Positions 10,842 through 25,672 of a stretch of DNA of 64,000 bases are shown here, piece after piece. Both the position numbers and the translations under genes were made by a program. Numbering within the stretch: the stretch's first letter is position 1; each line of letters starts with the position of its first letter. This DNA is from Phoronis australis (Eukaryota > Animalia > Phoronida), in the NCBI GenBank assembly GCA_002633005.1, contig NMRA01000121.1:568501-632500 (forward strand). Reading direction: 5' to 3'. The notes under the pieces were generated by a model that searched no databases, was not told the DNA's origin, and saw only the letters and a program-made list of their open reading frames with translations.

Positions 10842-13800
10842 GTAATGTAATAGTTCAAGTCAACACAATTTCAAACTCATTGTATCTTAGTTCCACGCGT
10901 GATAAGAATTTGTGTTACAGCTGCAATGGGTGGTGCTAATAAATAAGGTCGCTGTTTTTGACATCTAACTAGATTGTGAGCAAAAAGCAGATAAGGGTCA
11001 TTTACCAGAATACAATCATTCTATAGGAGGAGCTCTTGCTTCACTTTTCAAGTTCAACATTGGTAAGTAAGTTGTCTTGCCAACCTGCTGTGATATTTCT
11101 TTAAATGTAGATTTGAGTTTTCCAGTACTGAGTGATTTTTATAATTGATGAACTCCGTTTAACGTAGTCCTTGTAGCCGTGTCATCGACTTGTATTCGCC
11201 AGGTGGCACACTTGTATTCGTCAGGTGGAACTCAACAGCTTTTGTTGACTTTGGTCTCGAAAAACCAGGTCACGTCAGTTCCAACAATCTGTTCCAAAGG
11301 ATGTTCAAAACCTGAAAATATGAACAGTATACGGGGCCATGGCCTTAAAAAACTTTGCACAAATTCTATTGACAATGATTCCAAAGTCAATTTTTCCATG
11401 CTTTACGACTACCGGAAGTGCATGCAGCCGGCTACTTGAAAAACAAAAAATACGCCGAATCGGCAGTTTTCACCCCAAACCCACCGCCGAGTTCATGCGA
11501 TTACAACGAACTTATAGACAGTGTATTCAGACTGCCAAAACCCCACATTACAGAAATCAGGTAAAAAGTGGGTGTCGATCAGCCAGGTTTTTAACAAACC
11601 CAAAATGTCTGAAGGGTATCCAGTGAATTTCGTGCTAAATTTCAACTTCCCGCTTGCAAGCCGAGGTTTAAGAAAAGACAGTGTTGAGCAGAAAGTGGGT
11701 CAAAGAGTCAATAACTAGCAGTTTTCCACTTAGAGCACATTCCTAAATTATACAAATGCCATTCGTTGTTGCTTCACATGCAGCACAAAATTTTAAATGC
11801 CAAGCCAAACCAGCAGAAGTCAAATTTTAATGAAATTGTTGAAAGCAAATTCAAACGCGGCTCAAAAATATTTATTGAGTGCTACCTCAAAATAGTTTGC
11901 GATAAAAATTCCCAGAGTTTTTGAAATTTGTAGACTTAAGCATAAACTGAAAAATTCCATATTTAAACAAACTCAATAATAGAGCACGGCTGTTTCCTGT
12001 GGCAGGTTTTGAGCTTGTATTGTTTGGACGCTAGCGGTGTGACCTTCGGTTGAAAACGTCAATCCATTAGGTATACAAAATGTCTCTACATTTTGGGCCG
12101 TAAAACTAAAGCAACCCTTTCAAGCAATTAGTTGAGGCCACTTTTTAGCGATACGTGGTCGAAATAAATTTATCGAACTTTGGCGGAAGGAGGGTTCATA
12201 GTTCCACTGTGTTCATAGACTAAGAACTTGACTTTATGAACGTGGTTATGAAAAGGAAACATTAAAAACATGTATCTATCATGATTAGACATACTGTTAA
12301 TAGTTCAGGCTATGTATGCGAAAATTTTCTGGTCGGGAGATACCGTACTCTTTACCGGCGACAGCGTGAAAAGCGGTCAAGTGTAGTTCGACCCTGCGTA
12401 ATAAAATATCCGTGTGATTTTAATGAATTTCAACTGTAGATATGCGTTAATGGGACTTACATTGATTTTTCATCGACTACAGAATAATCTAGACTCATGA
12501 TTTATTAGAAATTCGCAACAGTATCCGAGATACAACGTCCGATGGACGTAAAAGAATTCAACATTAAACAAGTCTTACAGATTGAAGTTTTTGTGCGCTG
12601 TGTTATTTATGTGTCGTTAAGATGCCTTGTATGTTGTCTTAAAATAGCCAATAAATTAGCGAAATTAGTGCTTGATTTATGCCATAAGTATGGCTATTGC
12701 GAGATAGTTTGGACACAGAATCTTACAGAATATTTATAAAATTAGGGTCTCATCTTGGCTGGTCATCCGTTGCTGAGGTGGTGGGTTGATGGCGATAATT
12801 TGCGATTGCAATAATATTAAGAATTTCATTAATATAATCAAAAATTAGTTTTCTCTTTGTATTGAGGGCGTGACCATGTGGTGGAGTTCCTGAGACAGTG
12901 GCTGCCTTTGCACATTGCCGAATTTTAACCAAGAGCATTGGCATTCCCCACGGGAAACTAGGTCGCAAGCTCGTCGCATAGATATTGGTAGACAGGCTTA
13001 TACACTCGTATACACTGTTCACTTTGTTTTTCTGTCTTGTAATAAGATTATGGTAAGCATTTATCGGTAACAGGCTGATGTGCGACCAAGGTACGATATC
13101 CGTGCGACCTGTATTGTTATATCCAACAAAGACGCAACAAATAAAAACAATAGTAGCGTCCCATAGGCGATAACCATGCGACGCGCTTACGCCCGTCGCA
13201 TGAATCTCGCAAGTTACTACAATAGCTTGCCTCCTCCATACGACGTCATTTGGCATGGGTTTACAATGCGCTCCAAAATTTAGCATACAAGGGCCTCAGG
13301 AAGAAAAACGTGTTTGTGACAATCTTGAATATGTTGAAAATGACATATTATTACAATCTTTAAGCAATCTATTAGAGAATTTTTTTGAAAAATGTTGTTT
13401 TTAAAAGCCTTCTCTCCCGCCCACTTAGTGGGGAACACATGTTGTATGTTGGTTCGTTCACCCTACATAATTGAGTATTAAATATGGTGAACGAAACCGT
13501 GGACTTTTGTATAGATAGAGCAGTAGATGGAGCAGTATACTGGTGCGTTTCTCAACACCAACCAATCGGGATGTTCTAATGTTAGATATGTTAGGGATGG
13601 GGGAGAGCGGTGGAATTCACCAGATGGGTACAGGATTCCATGAAACGAAAATTAAGATGGGTACGTCAGAACTATATACGTTATTTGCAATTTTTACCTG
13701 GTAGGAACAAATTACCAGGATATGTTTCTCAAAGACTCTATTGTCGTTTGATTTCCGACTATAAAAATCAGTAGTATATGGATACCACTTACCCTGTTTC

Positions 13801-16800
13801 ACGAAATCAGAAAACCCGTCTACAATGCGAGGCCAACAGACAGAAATTCGTAGCCTGCTCGAGAGCAAAGTAAAAAAATAAGTCGTCATTTGGCTATAGA
13901 CTCTTCGAGAAATAGGTCCGTGTTAGTTATTGGGTGATAGTAGGTATTGGGTGATTGCACGTGGGCTCGATCAAAACAACGTGAAGTACCAAGTGGATAC
14001 ACAATTTGTCCAAATAGGCATAGAAAAGTATCAACTAGGCTATAGCAATAGAATAAAGCTTCCGGACAGGCTTAGTGAGGATAACCTACCAGACTTATTG
14101 ATAAACGCCTTTGCAGACAAACTGGGTGCCTGAACTCACACATATTGCTATTGACATTTCAGTGGGACTTGGTTTGTGATCGAGCTTATCTCAATTCCCT
14201 GTCAACTACTATATACTTTCTCGGCGTGCTGATTGGAGGACTCACATGCGGCCACCTTGCTGATAAGTATGGCCGGCGCAGCATTATTCTTGCGACCCTT
14301 GTGATTTCTACTGTCCTTGGTACTGGCTTGGCGTTTGTCGACAACTATGTGCTGTTCGTGGTGATACGATTCGTGATAGGATTTTGTATGCAGGTATTGT
14401 GATTTCGGTCGCGCTCGTTTTTCTCGATGCGTGTGTTTACGAGCGATTCCGATAGTTGTATTTGTATCTATGCTATTTTCACTGGGGAACTGTACCCGTG
14501 CCGTAGGTTAACGATAGAAAAATTGTTGATAATCTAAAAATCATGTGAATATGCTAAGGAAAAGTCAAGCTTTCACCAAAATCCAAAATGGCTCCTTCCT
14601 TTTTACGTCAGCCTCTGCATCAGTTTTCACGTTTACGTAACATGTAGTAACATTTGAATTTTAAAAAATGCAGTTTTCAACTGTTTTAGAAGTTTTAACA
14701 CCGCGCATTCCAGAGGTTATACATCCATAATGACCGCTGAGTTCAGTTTGATTTTTATTATCGTTATGATTATCATAATCATCATTGTAATCATTATCAT
14801 TATCATTATCATTATCGTTATCATTATCATTATTATCATTACAATCATCTGTGCTTGCTTACGTACTGTATGTGACAGTGTCTGAATTAAGACACGTGTA
14901 TTTTGATTGCAGTTTAAACGGGTCTCGCCCAAAACGCTTCTGTTTTTGGTGATGTCGATATTTTGTTTTAAGGCAGGCAACATTATTAGCCTTCGCCGCT
15001 TCTGACATCGTAGCCCAGTAGTTCAGAAAATCAGAGTAATGACCGAGAGAGAAACTAAGTAATTGTATAATTAAATTATTCGTCATCGTTGTTTTACAGC
15101 ATCATCCACAGACAGGTCAGAAAGCTCATTAAGGGCATTTCAAACTTTAGTCACAAAAATTGGCCATTTTTACAATATTTCACAGGTGTCTAGCAAAATA
15201 CCTAATCTTCATTCTCGGAGAACTTCAACTACGAAATATATACCGAGTAGCGAGAAAAAAAAGTTTTAACAGAACCACTTTGGAACCGCACAACCGCGTG
15301 GAAATGTATTTACTACTTATCCGAGGTCAAAGGTTACGACGAAACATATGGGTACATTAAGGATTAAATAGGTAAAATGTTTTGCTTCTCTGAACGCTGG
15401 TGAGTTGTGATACTACAACTGTACAAACGATCCATACCAGTGAGCTTGGCAATTCTAAACACCATTACTTGTTTTAGGGCCTCCAGTCCTCTAGCTTCAT
15501 CCTGATGACTGAACTCTTTACCCCAAGAGGGCGCTCCTTTGCCGGAGTGTTATCACGTTTTGCAGTCGACGCGTTTTACATGCTTCTCGCATTGATAACT
15601 TACCTTGTAAAAGACTGGAGACACGTGCAGCTTGTTTGCACGGCCCCGTTCTTTTTACTCGTTTGTGAAATATGGTGAGTCTCCTGAACACATTGATAAA
15701 AAGGCATTGTGTTTAGTGTTTTTGTCTGTATTTTATGTCAATATAGCGACTGTTATACAGTGAATGCCCAAACGTTAACCTGAATATCAAGCTATTTCAG
15801 GAAGACGAGAGAGAAATGCAAACTCACAAGGATCGGCATTCCTCAAGATGGAAATGCTCGACTCAGTGATTTCGCACGGGAGTCCATTGATCGATTCTGC
15901 TCTCAAATGCTTATCAAAGGGAGGTTATTTCACCAATGTGCTTCGGGTCTTTGCCTTTTTTTGCACAACTTGAGAGATTATCCCTTGACTTTTATGCCAG
16001 TTTTGATCAGCACTACACACCTTTTGCGCCATTTTCGCGGCGCCCAGCAACGAAACAGCTGATGAGGTCGTCGCCTTTCAGTTAACTATGATTTGAAACT
16101 TTTGTTATGAAGAATGACAGAATAACAACAGATTTTGCTGTTTTCATTTATAACCGTGTAAAAAATATCTTCGAAAGCGTGCTTTTCGGTCGTTAAACAG
16201 ATTGTGTCCTTTTTTAAAAGAATAAATATTCCTTATTAAATTAGTTGATTTATTTAAAACCTACGTTTACTTCCTAACCTAGTAGTTTTATCGGAAAAAT
16301 NGTTTGTGAAATATGGTGAGTCTCCTGAACACATTTATAAAAAAGCATTGCGTTTAGTGTTTTTGTCTGTATTTTATGTCAATATAGCGGCTGTTATACA
16401 GTGAATGCCCAAAAGTTAACCTGAATATCAAGCTATTTCAGGAAGACGAGAAAGAAATGCAAACTCACAAGGATCGGCATTCCTCAAGATGGAAATGCTC
16501 GACTCAGTGATTTCGCACGGGAGTCCATTGATCGATTTTGCTCTCAAATGCTTATCAAAGGGAGGTTATTTCACCAATGTGCTTCGGGTCTTTGCCTTTT
16601 TCGCACAACTTGAGAGATTATCCCTTGACTTTTATGCCAGTTTTGATCAGCACTACAAACCTTTTGCGCCATTTTCGCGGCGCCCAGCAACGAAACAGCT
16701 GATGAGGTCGTCGCCTTTCAGTTAACTATGATTTGAAACTTTTGTTATGAAGAATGACAGAATAACAACAGATTTTGCTGTTTTCATTTATAACCGTGTA

Positions 16801-19800
16801 AAAAATATCTTCGAAAGCGTGCTTTTCGGTCGTTAAACAGATTGTGTCCTTTTTTAAAAGAATTAATTTTCCTTATTAAATTAGTTGATGTATTTAAACT
16901 TACGTTTACTTCCTAACCTAGTAGTTTTATCGGAAAAATATTGCATTAACTGGATATTAGTCTCCTGTTTGAATTTGGCTTTGCCAAACATATTTGAACA
17001 TACATGTGTACAAACGACGCTTTTAAGTCAAAAATTTGTCACGGTTGCAGTTGAATTGAATCAGCGAGTTTTCATTGTTGGGTACATTCGTTTTGTTTCT
17101 GAATGTGGTAAAATTCAAAGAACAATCAAAGTATAACAGACTCTACTTCAGTGAAGACTTTTCTTCCCCAGTTTTAGCTGCCAAAAATGAAAAATGGATT
17201 AATGCGGTAAATCTCATAAAATCGGAATCTAGCCATGATAGCACTTGATTTCTGTTAACAACAAGAACATCGAAGCCATCAGTTACTCATGAAAACGCTA
17301 GAGAATTGAATGGCCCACCCTAAAATTGCGGCAAATTAGAAAACGACACATGTACTCATTGCCTGTGACTTGAATTACCGGCTCATTTTGGTGACAATTC
17401 AAGGTGGGATGAGCGTGATAATGTTTAAACGCCAAAACACTTCGTTTAAGAATTCAACATTGGCAACCAAGCGGCGACGAAATGCCGCTCCAAATTTTTA
17501 TGAGGTTTAAAGAAGAATTCCACCCGATTTAATTAGTCTTTTGTGCCGTTTTAGTCTGTCTATATCCATATCACCTCGTATACAGTCTATCTCACCTCGC
17601 CTAGAGGTGTCGCGTTATCCTGTGAAGAAGATGAGAAACGACGTAGCGACGTCAGTGGTTCTTCTGCTAAGTGAGTGCCGCTATGGAGTTGTGTATCGTT
17701 CCCGCTTGTGCGAATTATGAAGCTGCGAGGAAAGCGAGTATGTCATTTTTTTGATTTCCTCGAGAGCCCATAATGCTTTGGAAGTGGCTCGCGGTAGTGA
17801 AGAATGAAAAGTACGCCGTTAATTATATCAAGTATGAGGACGTGAAACTTCGCCTTGTCTGTCAGTGGCCTGCACTTCGTCAGATCGGTGGTTGATCAGT
17901 TTTTGATTATAGAGAATTGTAGTTGGCGAGGAAATCATAAACAATTACAATTAATTCAAAGCGTGAGAACATAACGTTACATAACCTGTTTGATGACTGA
18001 CTCGTTCGTGAGGCTTCTGTTGGGTCCTCAGGGTGTAGGATGTTTTCGCCAGTTCTTTTCCTCAGCCCTCAAAAAACGTCGTGAACACACCTCTGTTTAG
18101 ATACGGTGCAAAATCAGGATGGTCCGTGAGACATATCTGTGGTTCTCCAAGAAGGCGTTTCACCTGCGGAGTTTCGTAGGAGCAAAACGCAAGCGTCAGT
18201 CGTTTAAATTATCGTGCAGTTAGCTCACTGACACCATGACAACTCATTCAAACTGTTTTAGGGAACCATTATCCAAATGTTCCGTTGTCTGTGCACGTTC
18301 ACAGAGCCTCTCTATTATTTCTTGATCAGTGTATTCCGGTTCGAACTGTGAAATCTTCGTCGGATGAATAGTCGTCTAAGTCGGGATTGCAAGTTGCCAC
18401 GTTGATGTTTAGTATTGTGCTTCTGTTTTAAAATGAATTATTCCTACCCTAACAAATGCTTATATAAATCTGAAACAAAGTCTGTCTCATTAGATACAAT
18501 TTGTAATGCCTTGGAATGTTCGTGAGTGCAAATGTTTTGAGAAGCCAGCAAATGAATAAATCACTGCGTCACCGGCTTTAGACGCGATTGGTAAACTAAT
18601 TTGACAAGGGCCCCGAGGTCGTGTGAGCGCATACTAATTCAGTGTTTGGTGACAAATATCTGTTGTGAAACAATAACTCGATTTTATATCAATTCTTAGG
18701 TGTGTGTTGCAGACAGGAAAGTTGATTGTGTTTGGTATGACAACTACACTCTCTTTTAAAAACTTCATTTCCACGTCTTTTGTTATGTTGAATTTAGTAA
18801 ATAGCAAAATAGCCAAATAGCAGCATTCATGTTTCTGTCTGATATTGTTGGCTGACTTTTTCTGACTCGCTATCTTAATTTCTAAACACATGTCATTTTG
18901 TATACAAATTTATTTGTACACAACAGTATTCACATTTTCACTTTTTGTCGAAATTGAGTTTGTTGCCGACTGTTGTCACATATACATTTGTTACAGGATA
19001 ATACCGGAATCTCCACGGTGGCTCGCTAGCCATGGTCGTCAAAAAGACGCCAACAAGATTTTTCGTAAAGCCGCTAAATTTAACAACATCAGGCTGTCAG
19101 AAAATATTTTCGGGGAGGAAACCGAAATGTTTAAACAACAAACCTCAGAAGGAAAGGAGGACTCGCGATTCAAAAAGCAGCACAACAGTTTAGACTTGTT
19201 GAGAACACCTAATCTACGAAAGAGGTCTATAATTCTATTTTATCTTTCGTAAGTACATATTTTGTGACTTTTGACAGGTTTTGAAAGCTAGTTAATTAAG
19301 AGTGTTGTGGATTTGCAGTCGGGTAGATTTGATGATACACGACACCAGGAGACGACATATCAAGTGGCACAATCAGGAGATTTTGTCCAGTTTTTCATGT
19401 TATGATATGCTGAAATTTCTCAAAAGAAGTTCTTTTTCAGAATTCATCTGCACACACAAGTTTTGGTCATAATCCCGGCACGTCTTAACTCTAAACACCC
19501 TGTTATATTTTTAAGGTGTGTTAGTGTGCAGAACGAATACTATTAAAACTTTGTTATACAGTCACACATCAGTACTTTGTCACAAATAAGTTCTGAAACG
19601 CACAATCAAACTGATGCACCCATCAAAGTTCGGAAACCTCCTTCACGTTTGGTTGTGTGTTAGCTGATACCACGCGATAAAGTATCCAAGAACATTGAAA
19701 GTTTACAGAAACGGGTTTTTAGTTTTTCGAGTACGACCACCACATTCCTCGTGACAATGATTTTTAAATCAACCTTTATAAGCACTTGGAGTTGAAGTTC

Positions 19801-22800
19801 TGCATCTGATGACAGTTAACATTATATTGATGTTGTGTTCACATTTGGACATGCCTGCATAGAGCGTTAAAAACCACCAGTTTCGATTTCGCAATAAGTA
19901 TTCAGAATGGCCAATAGGTGTGTCATGAAATAGCACACCACCTCTAACAATCTCAATTTCATTTATTAACCCACAGTGGAACTCATGTATCAAGCAGCTT
20001 CATATGCTCATGTTTTTCTCACTACCTTATATCCTAATTATTGCGTACTTCATCATTGTATACAGGCAGATAAGTCCTGAAAGGCTTTTTTCTACCTCCT
20101 CGAAAGAGGAGAGTTCAATCCAAAATGGCCCTATGGGACTATAGATTACTGACTGAGAGATTGTTCGAAATTTTGGCGTTTTAATTGCCTCTGGTTTCAC
20201 TCCATCAAAATCTGAGCGCCAGGCGTTCAATGAAATAATTTTTATTTTCTCAATTTTACCTGACAGTTTGAAAATAAGAAGCGTTTTTGTCAAGTAAGTG
20301 CCTATAAGCGTCAGGATACGGGTTACAAAATATTAACTTGACAGGCTAACCCATGGGTATCATTCAATTGTACCATGAACTATATTCAAGTAAAGTAGGT
20401 TGCGCTGTGGCCAAGTTGCCTCCATCTCAGTCTTGCACTCTTTACCCTATTATGACACTCGAAAATCTGAATTAGTGATAACTTCTAATCAGAAAGTACA
20501 CAGGTAGTTATTTTTGGTTTAAGGTGTGTTTTATTCAAAATTAGCAACTCCAAAAGGAAAAATAATACATGGCGATCTAAAAGGTATGCTAACATGAAAA
20601 TGATAGTTTGAACACTTTAAAAACTGGTTTAAGTGCAAAGACTCAATTGCCACAAGTGTCACACATGTCCGTTTCTAGCTGTAAGATAACTGGTGCGTGT
20701 TCAACAATCAACATATATATTACGTGTTTTACGAGATTCCTCTAGTCTTCTTGATAGAACGTCACGTGTAGCGGAGTTCGCCGTCCTCCTGGCTGTCACT
20801 GAACACGCCGCGAGTATACGCATGATATTGACTTGAGTTTAACTTTTTCAGGTTTGCAACGCTTGTCGTTGATGTTGGGAATATGTATGCCGTATCGACG
20901 TTACCGGGAAACAAATATTTACTGTTTTTTCTTGCAAGCTTGGCGTCAGCTTTAGTTTCGTTAACGTTGATTCCACTGCAGAAGCGGTATGTGCTTTACA
21001 TTGATATGCTGTTTAGCTGAATTTTATAAACCTCTTTTAGATTTATGCACCGTAACTCTTCACTTATTTAGCACATTTTGACCGACAACTGAAATTTCAT
21101 TTTGTTAAATTTCTCAATAAAAAGATTAACCATGGCTTATAGTGTGTAGACGTCATAAAACAACATTTGATGAAACTTCCATTGTTTGCAAAACTGTAAT
21201 CAGCCTTTGAAAAAAGAAAAATGGACATTTGGGCAATTGTGCGAAACAAATAGACAATGACCATTGTCTCACGCGACTGGGAAACCAAGTTAGGTTGAAT
21301 AGCGATACCAGTTTAACTCTAAGCAACGTGGTGTAAAATGCGTCAAAACTTTTACGGAACAGGAAAATATCACTTCACAAAAATACTGTGACAGTGTTAT
21401 TGTGAAGGTATAGGTTGCTGTTCCGTTTAGAAAATTCGTCAAAATAAAAATTCAATATTTTCGAAACTGAAAATAATGACTCAACATGTAATGTTAACTT
21501 TACACGCATGTACGTCATTACGATATTGACGTACGGTGTACAATAACGTAAATATCCACGTTTAAAGGTTCTTTCAACGGACTCGTCTTCACGTAAGTAA
21601 ATGAATGGCACGTAAGTATTTTATTCGCCTTTTGAACGCAAATACACACGTGCAAAAATTTACTTCAGTGACGAACAAATTTGCACTACTTTCAGAGGTT
21701 TAGCAAAATGTAAACAATGCACTTGTGAAGGTATAATAAATTTACTTAGAGGTGCAATTGACAATGTCTAACATCATTGGCACGGAAGAGTTTAAAGTTA
21801 CGCAAAATTCAACTTCAAATTTCGGTCAAATGCGATGTATTTTGTTGAATGACATCAAGATGACTTTGGTCTTGAGACCGGCTGGGGTCTAATCTTTGTA
21901 CTTGAAATCGAATTCGAGGTAACTTTTGGCAGTTTCCGTTACTTTTTGAGGGAGATCAAGAAAAGTGTCTCTTAGTCTGCACTCAAGTACATTATGCTTT
22001 ATGCAGAACTTTTTGGCTCCTAGATTCGAGCTTCAAACTCGAGTAGAAAGTCGATTTCAGATTCAAAATTTTAGCCTTTATGACCGGGTAGTCAAGTACA
22101 AACAAGCTTTCGACAGTCATCCACAAGTCATTATTTACGCGAGCATAGAATAATAGACACTTGTGGAAAATGTCAAAGTTAATTGCGCTTTCAGGTGAAA
22201 AAGACCCCCCGGGCACTGGTCAGTACGCTTCAAGGAGCATGATCAACATCACACTTCGAAATAGCCTCGCAAACGTAGACGGTCGTGGAGTGATGACGGA
22301 ACAAGGAGTTGCTTTGACTTTGGAAAGAAAATATATCGAAGAACTTTTGGAGAACCCAAAGGGAAACACGATCACCGTTTACAGCGAACTGAGCAAGTTT
22401 ATTCTCCTGTGCCAAGACTTTGTATTCGAAATTGAACATAATTTTGACATTTTCCGTTCTACTCTAACCTGAACTCAACATAAGTGCCTATTATTCTGTG
22501 ATTGAGCACGACACGGTTTACCTGAATGCCTCATTAACACTAGTTTGAAATTGATGACCCCCAGCATTAAAGCTATGATTTTTTACTCGAGTTGAGTTTT
22601 TACTCGAGTTTATGGGTTTAATCTAAGTTTGATCAAGTTATAACTTGCAACAGAACTCATCTGCGAGTGCCAAATCGTATTCGAGCACAGAATAAGGGAT
22701 AGTTGCCTTGAGTTTGCACTAAAGCAAGTTGAAAAAATGAAAAANCCTCTGTTTAGATACGGTGCAAAATCAGGATGGTCCGTGAGACATATCTGTGGTT

Positions 22801-25620
22801 CTCCAAGAAGGCGTTTCACCTGCGGAGTTTCGTAGGAGCAAAACGCAAGCGTCAGTCGTTTAAATTATCGTGCAGTTAGCTCACTGACACCATGACAACT
22901 CATTCAAACTGTTTTAGGGAACCATTATCCAAATGTTCCGTTGTCTGTGCACGTTCACAGAGCCTCTCTATTATTTCTTGATCAGTGTATTCCGGTTCGA
23001 ACTGTGAAATCTTCGTCGGATGAATAGTCGTCTAAGTCGGGATTGCAAGTTGCCACGTTGATGTTTAGTATTGTGCTTCTGTTTTAAAATGAATTATTCC
23101 TACCCTAACAAATGCTTATATAAATCTGAAACAAAGTCTGTCTCATTAGATACAATTTGTAATGCCTTGGAATGTTCGTGAGTGCAAATGTTTTGAGAAG
23201 CCAGCAAATGAATAAATCACTGCGTCACCGGCTTTAGACGCGATTGGTAAACTAATTTGACAAGGGCCCCGGAGGTCGTGTGAGCGCATACTAATTCAGT
23301 GTTTGGTGACAAATATCTGTTGTGAAACAATAACTCGATTTTATATCAATTCTTAGGTGTGAGTTGCAGGCAGGAAAGTTGATTGTGTTTGGTATGACAA
23401 CTACACTGTCTTTTAAAAACTTCATTTCCACGTCTTTTGTTATGTTGAATTTAGTAACGGAAGGGACTGCCAAATACAGTGTAGCACCATTCATGTTTCT
23501 GTCTGATATTGTTGGCTGACTTTTTATGACACGCTATCTTAATTTCTAAACACATATCATTTTTATACCACAATATTAGCGTCAAATGGCAGATAAAACC
23601 GTGTAGTAACCCATAAAGTTATCTCACTAGTGAGATAACGATTTGGCGGGAAACCGAGGACGGAGTCGAACCCGGGACCCTAATATTGCTGGTCGCCGAC
23701 TTTACCACTACACCACGCAGCGACTGACGTCATCAAGAGTGAAAATAGAATACTTAAATGAGCACGCGCAATAATCGCACGTTCAACAAACCGCATTGTA
23801 CTGTACTTATACACTACGAAAAATAAGACACATAATTTCCATAAAAATATCTTAATTCGGTGAAATTTTTCTCTCATGTCCTCTTACTTGTAAATCACCG
23901 ATCTCTAGTTTGAATGCGGGTATCGTGTCGTCAGGATCTTTTACTTGAGAATTATATTCAGTTACCAGTGGTATCCTACTTTAGCAGACGATAATTTCCC
24001 GGTCGAAGCTTAGCGTGAAAAAAACGAGTTTTAAGCTATAATGGTTGGTAAACCTTAATTTATGAATTCAATTTATTTCTATTATATTTAAGTTTTCAAT
24101 TGGTTTTGAGTAAAAGCATTATTTGACACATATAGCCCGGCTTTTCTTAAAAGGTCACGACCTCCGATCCCGGGCCTCTGACATAGAAAGTAGTTACAAA
24201 GCCCTGGAGAATCAGAAAAGGTAAATCGATTCATTGCAATGTTTCTCGTTTAGTATGTGGTATAAATAGTAAAGCCCCGAGGGTGATAATTCTCCAAAAT
24301 CCACGAGGGCTCTAGATAAGGGGGATAAAGGCTGAGAGCATGTAATAATCTATATGTATACAAGCTTTTTGTACACAACAGTATTCATATTTTCACTTCT
24401 TGTCGAAATTGAGTTTGCTCCTGACTGTTGTCACAAATTTATTTGTTACAGGATACTACCGGAATCTCCACGGTGGCTCGCTAGCCATGGTCGTCAAAAG
24501 GACGCCAACAAGATTTTTCGTAAAGCCGCTAAATTTAACAACATCAGGCTGTCAGAAAATATTTTCGCGGAGGAAACCGAAATGTTTAAACAACAAACCT
24601 CAGAAGGAAAGGAGGACTCGACATTCAAAAAGCAGCACAACAGTTTAGACTTGATGAGAACACCTAATCTGCGAAAGAGGTCTATAATTCTATTTTACCT
24701 TTCGTAAGTACATATTTTGTGACTTTTGACAGGTTTTGAAAGCTAGTTAATTAAGAGTGTTGTGGATTTGGTGTCGGGTAGATTTGATGATACACGACAC
24801 CAGGAGACGACATATCAAGTGGCACAGTCATGAGATTTTGTAAAGGGTTACATGTTATGATATGCAGAAATTTCTCAAAAGAAGTTTTTTTTTCAGAATT
24901 CATCTTCACACACAAGTTTTGGTCATAATCCCGGCACTTTTTAACTCTAAAAAGCGTGTTATATGTTTAAGGTGTGTTAGTGTGCAGAACTAATAATATT
25001 AAGACTTTGTTATACAATCACACATCAGTACTTTGACACAAATAAGTTCTGAAACGCACAATCAAATTTATGTACCCAGCAAAAGTTCGGAAACCTCCTT
25101 CACGTTTGGTTGTGTGTTAGCTGATACCACGTGACAACGTATCCAAGAACATTGAAAAATTACAGAAACGGGTTTTTAGTTTTTCGAGTAGGCCCACCAC
25201 ATTTCTCGTGACAATGATTTTTAAATCAACCTTTCTAAAGCACTTGGAGTTGAAGTTCTGTATTTGATGGCATTTAACATTATGTTGATCTTGTGTTCAC
25301 ATTTGGACATGCCGGCATAAAGCGTTAAAAACCACCAGTTTCGATTTCGCAATAAGTATTCAGAATGGCCAATAGGTCTGTCATGAAATAGCACACCACC
25401 ACTAACACTCTCAATTTCATTTATTTACCCACAGTGCAACGCATGCTCATGTTTTACGCACTACCTATTCATCATTGTATACAGGCAGATAAGTCCTGAT
25501 AGGCTTTTTCCTACCTTCTCGAAAGAGGAGAGTTCAAACCAAAATGGCCCTATGAGACTATAGACTACTGACTTCCTGCCGGGAAGGCACTGCCGCTTGT
25601 TATTGGCTACTCCAAGTGAC

Positions 25621-25672
<52 letters not shown>

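Noticed and set aside
12750-13286. 178-aa minus-strand ORF in intron 1, with a CATGCGACG/CGTCGCATG hairpin
   Set aside because: Broken by frameshifts in copy C (43916-44379) and no recognisable family; the hairpin alone is too weak to call.
14717-14983. Ile/Met-rich ORF, and similar ORFs at 29187-29429 and 59804-60053
   Set aside because: Translations of trinucleotide microsatellites.
21965-22472. Recurrent ORFs in intron 5 (also 26900-27452 and 57491-58601)
   Set aside because: Frames shift between copies and no domain is recognisable; recurrence simply reflects the duplication. Probably old transposon debris.
23650-23724. Possible functional tRNA gene
   Set aside because: The acceptor stem does not pair and it sits in a segment-specific insertion; treated as SINE-like.
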